From sequence record OP870145.1: 64,000 nt of DNA. The stretch is one strand, 5' to 3'. Source of the DNA: Escherichia phage vB_Eco_F26. A program made the translations under genes and the position numbers. Below the pieces are notes generated by a model. The model saw only the letters and a list, made by a program, of their open reading frames with translations, was not told the DNA's origin and did no database searches. Below are positions 29,906 to 38,726 of the stretch, one piece after another (positions within the stretch are counted from its first letter, which is position 1; every line of letters starts with the position of its first letter).

Positions 29906-30093
29906 AAGGAATTTATATAATTAATAAGTTCTTGTTCTTTATTATCGAATTCTTTAGAAAGTTCTTCGTACTCGTTTGCACTAAAAGGACCGCATTCATT
30001 ACAAACTTTTTCCAATTCACTATTTTTATCCATAACTTCGTGGATAAGAGAAAAGAGTTTGTCTTTTTGTTCTTTACTTAAACTCATAACCAT
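29902..30093 (-). CDS. Hypothetical small protein
   Basis: 63-aa ORF. Confidence 0.4.
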   Translation of the reverse strand: MVMSLSKEQKDKLFSLIHEVMDKNSELEKVCNECGPFSANEYEELSKEFDNKEQELINYINSL

Positions 30094-30311
30094 GTCACCT
30101 TTAAGCAGTATTCTTCTACATGCTGTTTACGACCTTTCTTATCAATAAAGGTATATTCAACGAATGTTCCAATGTAGTCTTTATCTACATCATGTGGACT
30201 ATTAATTGGACATTTAGTACGGCAAATGCGTTCCCATTGACGAATAATTACTGCCTTATTCTTTGGGTCATATGGATGTGGATAATGTATATTCATAATA
30301 ATGGTTCCCAA
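30084..30311 (-). CDS. Hypothetical small protein
   Basis: 75-aa ORF. Confidence 0.4.
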   Translation of the reverse strand: MGTIIMNIHYPHPYDPKNKAVIIRQWERICRTKCPINSPHDVDKDYIGTFVEYTFIDKKGRKQHVEEYCLKVTWL

Positions 30312-30760
30312 TCAACAATCACAATTTCTAATTTAGAGGAATATGTATCTAAAATCCCCTCAATAATATCCCAGTTTCCTTTACCTATGCCTGCACCAAT
30401 CCTAGGCATATAGATTGTAGGTTTAATCAGTTTATTTTCACCAAACTCATTTAATTCTAACATACAATTCATTAAAGCGGAATATTCAAAATTTGGCCCT
30501 GGTTGAAATTGAGTATAAAGATTAAAGCAGTAAGCTTTATGAGTCCTAAAGTATTTTTCATAGACTGAGTAAGAACCAAGTTTAGTTACATCACCCCATT
30601 CAGTCTGTAATTTATCAGCTTCCAAAATTTTAGGGAAAGCTTTGGTTAATTGACCTGCGACTCCAGCTTTCATCGTATGAAAACAATTGCATCCATGCGC
30701 AATATTTTTACCTTCAGTGAAAAGGGCGACAATATCGCCCTTGATATATTTTACAATCAT
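30293..30760 (-). CDS. Macro-domain (ADP-ribose-binding/processing) protein
   Basis: 155 aa; GDI...AHGCNCFHTMKAGVAG N-terminal signature typical of macro domains. Confidence 0.55.
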   Translation of the reverse strand: MIVKYIKGDIVALFTEGKNIAHGCNCFHTMKAGVAGQLTKAFPKILEADKLQTEWGDVTKLGSYSVYEKYFRTHKAYCFNLYTQFQPGPNFEYSALMNCMLELNEFGENKLIKPTIYMPRIGAGIGKGNWDIIEGILDTYSSKLEIVIVDWEPLL

Positions 30761-31104
30761 CTAGTACTCAATCCTCGATTATAAGAATCTACCAAACGGT
30801 CAACCATTGAATGACAAGCGGCTTTATCTTTCTCCTCCGCAACTGAACATTCTAATGTATTCCACTTTTTAGCATATCGTTTTAATAATGTATCGTTTTT
30901 GTATCTGCTTGATTTATCTCTTTCTCCGTCTTTATATGCATATATTAATTTCTGCGCAAATTCAGCTTGGCATGCTTTATTTTTCCCACAATAATCTGCC
31001 GCAGTGCGATTTACATATTCTCTAATTTCAGTATATGATGTATCTGCTGACGCAGAAGCAGAAAATGAAATTAATCCTATACATAAAACCAAAATTTTAG
31101 TCAT
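30757..31104 (-). CDS. Small secreted protein (N-terminal signal peptide); position and size correspond to T4 vs
   Basis: 115 aa; MTKILVLCIGLISFSASASA signal-like N-terminus, several Cys. Confidence 0.4.
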   Translation of the reverse strand: MTKILVLCIGLISFSASASADTSYTEIREYVNRTAADYCGKNKACQAEFAQKLIYAYKDGERDKSSRYKNDTLLKRYAKKWNTLECSVAEEKDKAACHSMVDRLVDSYNRGLSTR

Positions 31105-31642
31105 TTACTATTTCCAAAAGTTTATTATTTTTAAGGTAATTAGCCTTTTCTAGGACTTCAGAAGCATATTTAGAACCAGCTTTAACATTCCATCCCGAAT
31201 TATAAGAGGATATCGCCTTTCTTATATCGCCCTTATGTATATTTAACCAATAAGAAAGTTCAATGTACGCCCAGGAAGCTGAATTGGACCGTTTATTCAA
31301 CATTCTTTTTATTTCAGCATCGGTCATATTATAACCAAGTTCCTTAACTCTTGCTCGCATAGTAGGCAAATAATTTTGGAACATTCCGTAGGCGTGATGC
31401 TTTGGTTTAGATTTTAAATTAACTCCGCCAGAGCTTTCTTGCCATAAAATAGCAGCCATTATATGACCTAATCCGCTCTTGTGGATATTTTTATGTGTTT
31501 TATATTTTCCATCCTTAGAAAATTGTTCCCCGAATTGATACGCGTAACGCATGTTATCGAGTTGGACATTACTGAAAGTATGCTCGGAGCTATGTGCCAT
31601 CATTGAAATGGCCAATAGACCAGCGAGTAGTGCTTTTCTCAT
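31097..31642 (-). CDS. Secreted lytic-transglycosylase-like protein
   Basis: 181 aa; signal-like N-terminus MRKALLAGLLAISMMAHS; AILWQESSGG resembles the SLT catalytic E-S motif. Confidence 0.45.
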   Translation of the reverse strand: MRKALLAGLLAISMMAHSSEHTFSNVQLDNMRYAYQFGEQFSKDGKYKTHKNIHKSGLGHIMAAILWQESSGGVNLKSKPKHHAYGMFQNYLPTMRARVKELGYNMTDAEIKRMLNKRSNSASWAYIELSYWLNIHKGDIRKAISSYNSGWNVKAGSKYASEVLEKANYLKNNKLLEIVND

Positions 31643-31649
31643 GCTTACC

Positions 31650-32111
31650 TCATTGAGTTTTAATTACTGCTTTAGAAGCCTTTCCTGGTAAACGACGACT
31701 GTTAATAATTGCCATCCTACATTGAAGTGACGGGTCTTTGAACTTCTCATTAGGTTTACAAACTGTAAATCCAAGCCAAAGATTTCCATCTGTGATTTCT
31801 AAACGTCCAGGACGATATTCAATTCCATCAATAAAATCCTCGTCAATGTCAGGACGCGGAGGCATACTCAGGAATTCATTAACTTCTAAAACATGGTCTT
31901 TTATTTTATGGAATAATTCAAAAACGTATGTCTCATCAATCTCCCGTTGAATTGCGCGATCAAGAAGATGTTGAGAATATTTTAGATGAAACGATGAGAC
32001 TCCTGCTGCTTTTGATGCCTCACGAATCTCATTGTTAATTTGACGAAACTCCGACTCAAAGTGACGACGAAGCTTATTTCGACGGATAAAAACTTCTGTA
32101 TTGATAGTCAT
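31650..32111 (-). CDS. regB: RegB site-specific endoribonuclease
   Basis: 153 aa; MTINTEVFIRRNKLRRHFESEFRQINNEIREASKAAGVSSFHLKYSQ... matches recalled T4 RegB. Confidence 0.93.
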   Translation of the reverse strand: MTINTEVFIRRNKLRRHFESEFRQINNEIREASKAAGVSSFHLKYSQHLLDRAIQREIDETYVFELFHKIKDHVLEVNEFLSMPPRPDIDEDFIDGIEYRPGRLEITDGNLWLGFTVCKPNEKFKDPSLQCRMAIINSRRLPGKASKAVIKTQ

Positions 32112-32127
32112 GTTGTTCTCCTCTTGA

Positions 32128-32157
32128 CTGATAGAAAAATTATACCACAGTCAAGAG
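32128..32157 (-). promoter_or_regulatory. Early promoter (-35 GTTTAC / -10 TATAAT) for regB
   Basis: Minus strand GTTTACttttcctcttgactgtggTATAAT about 17 nt upstream of the regB start. Confidence 0.6.
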
Positions 32158-32170
32158 GAAAAGTAAACAG

Positions 32171-32491
32171 TTATTCTTTAAATCTAATCAATTTATTCAT
32201 AGACTTTGAAACTTCTGCACGAACCTCATGTAGATTTTTGAGCTGTTCAAGACGCTGCTCATAGTAAGCAATTTCATCTTCTTCGAGACAGTCCTGTGAA
32301 TCTTCTTTAAGATAGCGTGCATAGTCCTGGAAAGCGTTACGGACTACTTCCTGGAAATCATCAAGACTTTGAATTTTCTTAGGAGCAACAGATACACGAC
32401 GAGGGGCAGTATAATACTCATAACCAAACCCTGCGCTTAATTGAGCCATTAATATTTTTCCTCTGGTTGGAACACAGCACGACAAGCCCAC
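32171..32491 (-). CDS. Hypothetical protein
   Basis: 106-aa ORF. Confidence 0.45.
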   Translation of the reverse strand: MGLSCCVPTRGKILMAQLSAGFGYEYYTAPRRVSVAPKKIQSLDDFQEVVRNAFQDYARYLKEDSQDCLEEDEIAYYEQRLEQLKNLHEVRAEVSKSMNKLIRFKE

Positions 32492-32751
32492 ATACTGGCT
32501 TCTTTGAGTTTCGTTTTAGCAATAGTTAACTGATCGAGGCTTTCGGCATAATTCTTCGCGAATTCACAGTCTTCACAATTATCTAGTGCTTCCCAGAATT
32601 CATCGTATAAAGCATCAAAGATAAGTCCTAAACGAACTTCAGCGTCTTTGATGGCATTCACTTTACCGATTTTCTTTTCAGTATGCGGCTTATAACCCTT
32701 AATATCTTCAATCATATTTGACTTCCTCACCAGTACATAAATCATATTCAA
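32449..32751 (-). CDS. Hypothetical protein
   Basis: 100-aa ORF. Confidence 0.4.
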   Translation of the reverse strand: MNMIYVLVRKSNMIEDIKGYKPHTEKKIGKVNAIKDAEVRLGLIFDALYDEFWEALDNCEDCEFAKNYAESLDQLTIAKTKLKEASMWACRAVFQPEEKY

Positions 32752-32929
32752 CTAAACGAATAGGTTCATGAATGCCATATCCCTGAACAGAAATTTCTGT
32801 AGTAGGATAAATTCCATCAATATCACCCATGTTCCATGCTTCGTTAAATTGCTGTTCGCCTGAATTACTAAACCATTCGGCGAAAGCATTTAGCACATCT
32901 TCAGAACCTTCAATAATTATCTTTGCCAT
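32708..32929 (-). CDS. Hypothetical small acidic protein
   Basis: 73-aa ORF. Confidence 0.4.
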   Translation of the reverse strand: MAKIIIEGSEDVLNAFAEWFSNSGEQQFNEAWNMGDIDGIYPTTEISVQGYGIHEPIRLVEYDLCTGEEVKYD

Positions 32930-33291
32930 TACAAACTCTCGGTAAAGGTACGAGCAATAACGTCGCGTTGCTGTTCCGGAGTCAGAGAGTTAAAGCGAAC
33001 TGCATAACCGGATACACGGATGGTCAGCTGCGGATATTTTTCCGGATGCTTAACTGCATCTTCCAGAGTTTCACGACGCAGAACGTTAACGTTCAGGTGT
33101 TGACCACCTTCAATTTTAACTGTAGGCTGTTGCTCAATTTCAATTTCACGGGCATGCAAACCGTAGAAAATTTCTGGGTCTACAAAAGAGTCCTCTTTAA
33201 AGGTTTTAGAGACAATAATTCGTGCTTGAATACCATCTTCAAAATAAATAGTACCTTTATGTGTGCCTTCAAGAATTTGATATGCTTTCAT
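32929..33291 (-). CDS. Autonomous glycyl-radical cofactor (GrcA/YfiD-like)
   Basis: 120 aa; C-terminal ~65 aa ([61 protein letters not shown]) matches recalled E. coli GrcA/PFL C-terminus including the RVSGY glycyl-radical motif. Confidence 0.8.
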   Translation of the reverse strand: MKAYQILEGTHKGTIYFEDGIQARIIVSKTFKEDSFVDPEIFYGLHAREIEIEQQPTVKIEGGQHLNVNVLRRETLEDAVKHPEKYPQLTIRVSGYAVRFNSLTPEQQRDVIARTFTESL

Positions 33292-33298
33292 ATAAACC

Positions 33299-33679
33299 TC
33301 AATTAAAAAATAAATTTATCCAAGATTGTTCTTTAATTAAAAATGGCTCAGAATCATATGCCATTAAACTCTGTGTGATTAGTCCTTTAAAAGGCCCATC
33401 AATAAATTCCATGGTAAAATATGGAATTTTATTCATTAGCCGTGCATTAGGAGCAGTACATAAAACTCTGCATCCTTTGAATACACCCTTTTGTAATTTG
33501 TATTGCTTGGGATAAAATTCGCTCAAAATGTTATTATTCGCTAAAATTTCAAAATGATTCACCAATTTATTTTTAATAGTTTTTGGTGAAAAATAGAGAT
33601 ATTCGAAAAGCTGTGCGTCTGTCATCATTGCATTCCGATTACGAAAAACTGTGGACGAGTAATACCACCAATGCAACAT
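33299..33679 (-). CDS. Hypothetical protein
   Basis: 126-aa ORF. Confidence 0.4.
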   Translation of the reverse strand: MLHWWYYSSTVFRNRNAMMTDAQLFEYLYFSPKTIKNKLVNHFEILANNNILSEFYPKQYKLQKGVFKGCRVLCTAPNARLMNKIPYFTMEFIDGPFKGLITQSLMAYDSEPFLIKEQSWINLFFN

Positions 33680-34164
33680 TTACTATTGCAACAGTACTGT
33701 ACAGTGTCAATATGAGCATCATAAATCTTATCCATATCAGGAGATTTGACAGGCTCGTCAATTATATACAAAATTCGCGAAAGCGATAAACCTCTGAACT
33801 TGCTTCCTTTATTACCAATAAAACTGCGCACAGAATCAGTAAATAAACGAAAACGTATATCATCATTAGAATAACGCGAAAATTCCTTTTTAATGTCATC
33901 TGCGGAATTTTTAGCATAAACTGAAGTATTAGAAAGAACAATAACTGTTCCGCCATCATACAACCAGTTAGCAGCGAAGTTAGTCACAGCAATTGATTTA
34001 CCGGATTGACGTCCACCATCTATACGAAGTGTGCAATACTGCTTAAGTAAGTCTTCAAATGGCGGGATATATTCGTTTTTACAAATTTCTTCTACTCTAG
34101 CATCAGAATGGTGTGTAAAAGCATTCATCAGGGATAGATAAGGACCAGTTAAAAATGTTCTCAT
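33625..34164 (-). CDS. P-loop NTPase-like hypothetical protein
   Basis: 179 aa; Walker A-like GGRQSGKS and Walker B-like ILYIIDE; occupies the position where T4 has denV. Confidence 0.45.
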   Translation of the reverse strand: MRTFLTGPYLSLMNAFTHHSDARVEEICKNEYIPPFEDLLKQYCTLRIDGGRQSGKSIAVTNFAANWLYDGGTVIVLSNTSVYAKNSADDIKKEFSRYSNDDIRFRLFTDSVRSFIGNKGSKFRGLSLSRILYIIDEPVKSPDMDKIYDAHIDTVQYCCNSKCCIGGITRPQFFVIGMQ

Positions 34165-34220
34165 TTAGTTTCTCTTTTAGGTTGGGCCATTCCTTGGCGC
34201 ATGAATTGTCCATTTCTGTA

Positions 34221-34275
34221 TTTACCCCTCCAAGTAATTATGAATATACTATCACAATTCTAGGAGAAAGTAAAC
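34221..34275. repeat. Promoter-containing direct repeat, copy A (flanks IP cassette)
   Basis: caagtaa-t-tgaatatactatcacaattctaggagaaagtaaac shared with 34611-34665. Confidence 0.7.
34246..34275 (-). promoter_or_regulatory. Early promoter (-35 GTTTAC / -10 TAGTAT)
   Basis: Part of a ~45-bp repeat also present at 34611-34665. Confidence 0.5.
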
Positions 34276-34277
34276 TG

Positions 34278-34580
34278 TTATTTACCTTTAATTACTTTAG
34301 CTGCTTCGATAGCCGCTTGCTGAAGGTCATCCATAGACATACCGAATTTAGAAGCAAAGTTATCAATTTTCTTTTCGACAGCATTCAAAGGCTTGGCCTG
34401 TTTACCTTCATTAGCGCCAGGAAGAGCGAGAATACGCTCTTTGTCAATATAAAGGCTTACAAGTTTCTTACGGTCTTTATCGGACAAATCATGAAATGAA
34501 TGGGCCTTTTTATTTATAGCGGCTTCTAATTTACCTGCACTCACTCGCGCTTCAGTAATAAATTCTTGATATGTTTTCAT
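34278..34580 (-). CDS. Internal-protein (IP)-like capsid-injected protein with capsid-targeting sequence
   Basis: 100 aa; N-terminus MKTYQEFITEA matches the T4 IP capsid-targeting consensus with an LxE-type protease site. Confidence 0.7.
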   Translation of the reverse strand: MKTYQEFITEARVSAGKLEAAINKKAHSFHDLSDKDRKKLVSLYIDKERILALPGANEGKQAKPLNAVEKKIDNFASKFGMSMDDLQQAAIEAAKVIKGK

Positions 34581-34610
34581 ATGTTTCCTTTAAATATTTT
34601 AATTAATAAT

Positions 34611-34665
34611 TTATCTATTCAAGTAACTGTGAATATACTATCACAATTCTAGGAGAAAGTAAACA
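34611..34665. repeat. Promoter-containing direct repeat, copy B
   Basis: Same ~45-bp element as 34221-34275; contains -35 GTTTAC. Confidence 0.7.
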
Positions 34666-34668
34666 ACT

Positions 34669-35199
<531 letters not shown>

Positions 35200-35655
35200 T
35201 TAAAAGAGGCTGTTCATTATTCGGTAAAGTGAAGGACCCATCACGTATTGCCACTGAGTACGAGGAATAAGAGCAAAAGCGTCCATCTCTGGAATCATAA
35301 CACCATCTTTATTTTCAAAATAAGACTCACAATAGCAATTTCTGAACATCTCATGCTCTACTGGAATCGTATAATAAAATAACTGTAAGTCTTTATTACT
35401 AGAATATTTAAATACACCTAGGTCTTCTAGAAGGTCTGGATTATAATTGCTAAAACCGGTCTCTTCTAAACATTCTCTTCGTGCTGCATCTAGTGCACTT
35501 AAATCAGAATTTTCTACACGGCCCTTTGGAATATCCCAGCGATGTGCCATCATTCCAGGCTTACGAGAACCAGTAACCCGACCCATAAATAAATCTTTAT
35601 CTTCTGTCATGAAGATAATACCAGCTGATAATGTTTTCATTTTAATTTCCTGCAA
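35200..35655 (-). CDS. nudE: Nudix hydrolase NudE
   Basis: 151 aa; Nudix box GRVENSDLSALDAARRECLEETG; immediately upstream of e as in T4. Confidence 0.85.
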   Translation of the reverse strand: MQEIKMKTLSAGIIFMTEDKDLFMGRVTGSRKPGMMAHRWDIPKGRVENSDLSALDAARRECLEETGFSNYNPDLLEDLGVFKYSSNKDLQLFYYTIPVEHEMFRNCYCESYFENKDGVMIPEMDAFALIPRTQWQYVMGPSLYRIMNSLF

Positions 35656-35999
35656 TCACTCACAAACTCTTTCATTGATTCATTTTCAATATAAGACATG
35701 TAGCTATTATATTCTTTTAATTGTATTTTGTAATCCTTTTTTCTTTGCCAATTTATTTTAAAATTATCATAATGAAAATATAGCATGGTACCAAAGAATG
35801 AAAATAATGAAATAATTTTAGTATAGCGAAGTTCACTCCAAACTTCTATTATATTTACTGTGCCGTCGATGTTTAAAATAAGACAGTCAATTAATAATCC
35901 AAAAAGACTACCCGCAAGAGCTGCAGCCAACGCCACAGCAAAAATTAAAAATGACTCAGGAAGCGAATATTTGACTTTATTTAGTTTTGGCTTTTGCAT
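35637..35999 (-). CDS. Predicted membrane protein
   Basis: 120 aa with two hydrophobic helices. Confidence 0.45.
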   Translation of the reverse strand: MQKPKLNKVKYSLPESFLIFAVALAAALAGSLFGLLIDCLILNIDGTVNIIEVWSELRYTKIISLFSFFGTMLYFHYDNFKINWQRKKDYKIQLKEYNSYMSYIENESMKEFVSDCRKLK

Positions 36000-36394
36000 C
36001 GTGATTCCTTAACAAATTTCATAATTTCATCAAATTCATACGCAGCAAGTTTAAGCTGATGTTCCTTTTTAATCTTTTTACACTGTGCTTTCCAATCACG
36101 TACGCGTTTACGATAATGCCTTCCTTGATACCAGTATCCTACCCAATTTACAGGTACTAATAAAAGTGGAACTATTAATGGAAGAATTAGCATTAACACA
36201 AGTATTTCGCCAGAATCAATATCAGTCATAACATCTAAAACACCTCCAATAATCAATAGAATTACAAATGATATGAGTATAACAGGACCTATTAATACAT
36301 CAGTAGGAATTAGCTGGCGCTTTGATTCATACTTCAAAGGTTTACTTGGAAGGTATAGTGATGGCTTTGACATATTCTCTACATTCCTTAACAA
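35981..36394 (-). CDS. Predicted membrane protein
   Basis: 137 aa with hydrophobic helices. Confidence 0.45.
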   Translation of the reverse strand: MLRNVENMSKPSLYLPSKPLKYESKRQLIPTDVLIGPVILISFVILLIIGGVLDVMTDIDSGEILVLMLILPLIVPLLLVPVNWVGYWYQGRHYRKRVRDWKAQCKKIKKEHQLKLAAYEFDEIMKFVKESRCKSQN

Positions 36395-36950
36395 ATTTTT
36401 CTAGTAATAAATCACTTTCAAAATTAGGATTTTCCACTAATTTATCAAAAAGATCATCAACAATATTCAAGATATTTCTTTTACTAAGAATACGTTTATT
36501 TTCATGCTTCGTTTCAGAATCAACTATAAGAGTAAAGAAATATTTCTTTCCCTGAAATTTTACTGTAGTATCAATATAGAATAAATTTGACTTTTGTAAG
36601 TTACGTTTAAACCATGCGTCACTTAAACTATAAACACCGAGATAATCAAAATCGTCGTTTAAATAACAAACTGTCCATTCAGGAGAAATGAAATCAGTAA
36701 ATTCAACATCAAAATCACATGTCAATAAATGAATTGATTCAATATTGTTAATAAGTATTCCAGGACGTATTAAAGACTTTTTACCTCTGGAAAATCTTCC
36801 AGAAAGACTTTCATCAGTTTCATATGAAGAACCCCAATAATAATTACGTCCTTCTGCCATACGTTTAAGAGCATTTAGTAATTGATCTGGAACATCAACC
36901 TGTCTTTGGAACTCTTCAAACATTGAATTGAAATCACTTTGCATTTTCAT
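36342..36950 (-). CDS. Hypothetical protein
   Basis: 202-aa ORF. Confidence 0.45.
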   Translation of the reverse strand: MKMQSDFNSMFEEFQRQVDVPDQLLNALKRMAEGRNYYWGSSYETDESLSGRFSRGKKSLIRPGILINNIESIHLLTCDFDVEFTDFISPEWTVCYLNDDFDYLGVYSLSDAWFKRNLQKSNLFYIDTTVKFQGKKYFFTLIVDSETKHENKRILSKRNILNIVDDLFDKLVENPNFESDLLLEKFVKECREYVKAITIPSK

Positions 36951-36971
36951 TCCTATTTACTCCAAGTAATA

Positions 36972-36985
36972 GGGGCCGAAGCCCC
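36972..36985 (-). terminator. Stem-loop GGGGCCGAAGCCCC
   Basis: Perfect hairpin. Confidence 0.45.
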
Positions 36986-36991
36986 TTATCA

Positions 36992-37585
36992 TTATTTCAG
37001 AGAATTAATGTATTCCTGAACATCGGCAGAAGTAGTTTCAACCCCAGAAATATTACCGTTAAAGGTTTCAACTCGAGCAAGGGTATCTTCAATATCAACC
37101 TTAGTCAGTGCTGCAATTTCAACTACATCATCAGCAGTACTAATTCCAAGGGCATTTGCTGCACGAGTTTCACGGATATATTCCAATTTAACTGCAAGTT
37201 CTTGGCGAGCATCATCCAATTCAACTACTTTCTTGGCGATTTCAATTCGCATTTCAGCATACCCATCAGCTTTAGTAGTCAACTGTTCAGCTGTTCGACG
37301 ATATAGCAAGCCGAGTTTAGCATGCATTGTTACATCTTGACCTTCGGAAAGAAGCTTGCGAATTTCACGCTCTTTTGATTCAGCCTGTTTATTCTTTTCA
37401 ATAACAAGTTCACGAATACGTTTTTCTTCATTAATAGATTTAACAGAAGCAGTTTTTAGGTCTTTAATTTTATCAAGTAATTTTGCTGCTGCAGCAGTGT
37501 ACTGTTCTTCAACAGATAGATTTTTAGCCATAGCAGAACCAAGTTTAGTGCGAATAAAATCAACAATTTTCTTCAGTGTGTTCAT
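36992..37585 (-). CDS. Coiled-coil protein, PspA/IM30-like
   Basis: 197 aa, almost entirely heptad-rich helical sequence. Confidence 0.35.
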   Translation of the reverse strand: MNTLKKIVDFIRTKLGSAMAKNLSVEEQYTAAAAKLLDKIKDLKTASVKSINEEKRIRELVIEKNKQAESKEREIRKLLSEGQDVTMHAKLGLLYRRTAEQLTTKADGYAEMRIEIAKKVVELDDARQELAVKLEYIRETRAANALGISTADDVVEIAALTKVDIEDTLARVETFNGNISGVETTSADVQEYINSLK

Positions 37586-37633
37586 AGTATTTCCTTAGGT
37601 TAATTAAGATTTAAAATCCATGAGAGTATTATA

Positions 37634-37810
37634 CTCCGGATAGTTTGTAAACTATTTCAACATCGCCTTTTGCTGCTTTATAACCTTCAGCCCAAGATAC
37701 AACCGAGTTTTTATCTGAAGATTCAAATTCTGGCATTGGACTTTCATCAATGTTCACACAGTATGTTTCTTCATTTTCGTCAAACCAAATAGTTAAAGTA
37801 GTCATTTATT
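37634..37810 (-). CDS. Small hypothetical protein (58 aa, below ORF-track threshold)
   Basis: Hand translation MTTLTIWFDENEETYCVNIDESPMPEFESSDKNS... Confidence 0.3.
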
Positions 37811-37873
37811 TCTCCGCTTCTGTGATTGTTTTGATAAGTCTATAATAACACCGTCCTTGGTGTTTGTACACAC

Positions 37874-38137
37874 TTATTTCATATTATTGAAATATTCTTC
37901 TGCGATTTCATCGTTATCGTGGTAAACTTTAGAAGACAGTTTAACATAACCTTCAGCAGTGAACATATTAATCACAACTTTTACAGTATACCACTGACCG
38001 TCTTCATTACCCATTACTGCGTAAGTTTCAAACATCGGATGGTCAGGACCGATAACTTTAATATCATTCACTGTACGACCGAAATCTTCTGAAACGCATT
38101 TCATAAAGAAGTTGAACAGTTCGCCGTAATTATCCAT
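37874..38137 (-). CDS. Hypothetical small protein (start region duplicated in the adjacent tandem repeat)
   Basis: 87 aa from ATG at 38137 (MDNYGELFNFF...), GGAG 7 nt upstream; track ORF uses an upstream TTG. Confidence 0.5.
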   Translation of the reverse strand: MDNYGELFNFFMKCVSEDFGRTVNDIKVIGPDHPMFETYAVMGNEDGQWYTVKVVINMFTAEGYVKLSSKVYHDNDEIAEEYFNNMK

Positions 38138-38180
38138 TTCATTCTCCAAGTTGTTTTCTGTATCAGTAGTTGATAGTTGT

Positions 38181-38210
38181 ATAGTACCACGGAAGAACAG
38201 AGATGTAAAC
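38181..38210 (-). promoter_or_regulatory. Early promoter (-35 GTTTAC / -10 TACTAT), conserved module; copy 1
   Basis: Minus strand ttcacaaaactGTTTACatctctgttcttccgtggTACTAT. Confidence 0.55.
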
Positions 38211-38530
38211 AGTTTTGTGAAAAATTTTTTAAAAAGTTTTAGGGAATTCTAGGGAAGGGAGGGGCAATTAAAGGATAGGATAATATATTATAAAGGGTAG
38301 AAACTAAATGATGCCTAGAGAGGTCCAGAAAGGCCTAGATGCCAAAAAGCCCTATCATTTAGATAGGGATTTAAAATTATTTATCTAGTTTAGTTATTAT
38401 AGCTTCTACGGCAGCTTTTAGCTTAGATGCGGTGTTAATACGATTTTTAATTTCAGTATACGCGAACAGTTCGCCGTAATTATCCATTTCATTCTCCAAG
38501 TTGTTTTCTGTATCAGTAGTTGATAGTTGT

Positions 38531-38560
38531 ATAGTACCACGGAAGAACAGAGATGTAAAC
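38531..38560 (-). promoter_or_regulatory. Early promoter, duplicate copy 2 inside the tandem repeat
   Basis: Identical to 38181-38210 at +350. Confidence 0.5.
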
Positions 38561-38726
38561 AGTTTTGTGAAAAATTTTTTAAAAAGTTTTAGGGAATTCT
38601 AGGGAAGGGAGGGGCAATTAAAGGATAGGATAATATATTATAAAGGGTAGAAACTAAATGATGCCTAGAGAGGTCCAGAAAGGCCTAGATGCCAAAAAGC
38701 CCTATCATTTAGATAGGGATTTAAAA

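Noticed and set aside
30757-31104. Naming the 115-aa ORF as vs (valyl-tRNA synthetase modifier)
   Set aside because: Only size and synteny support it, and the signal-peptide-like N-terminus is unexpected for a cytoplasmic modifier; gene symbol left blank.
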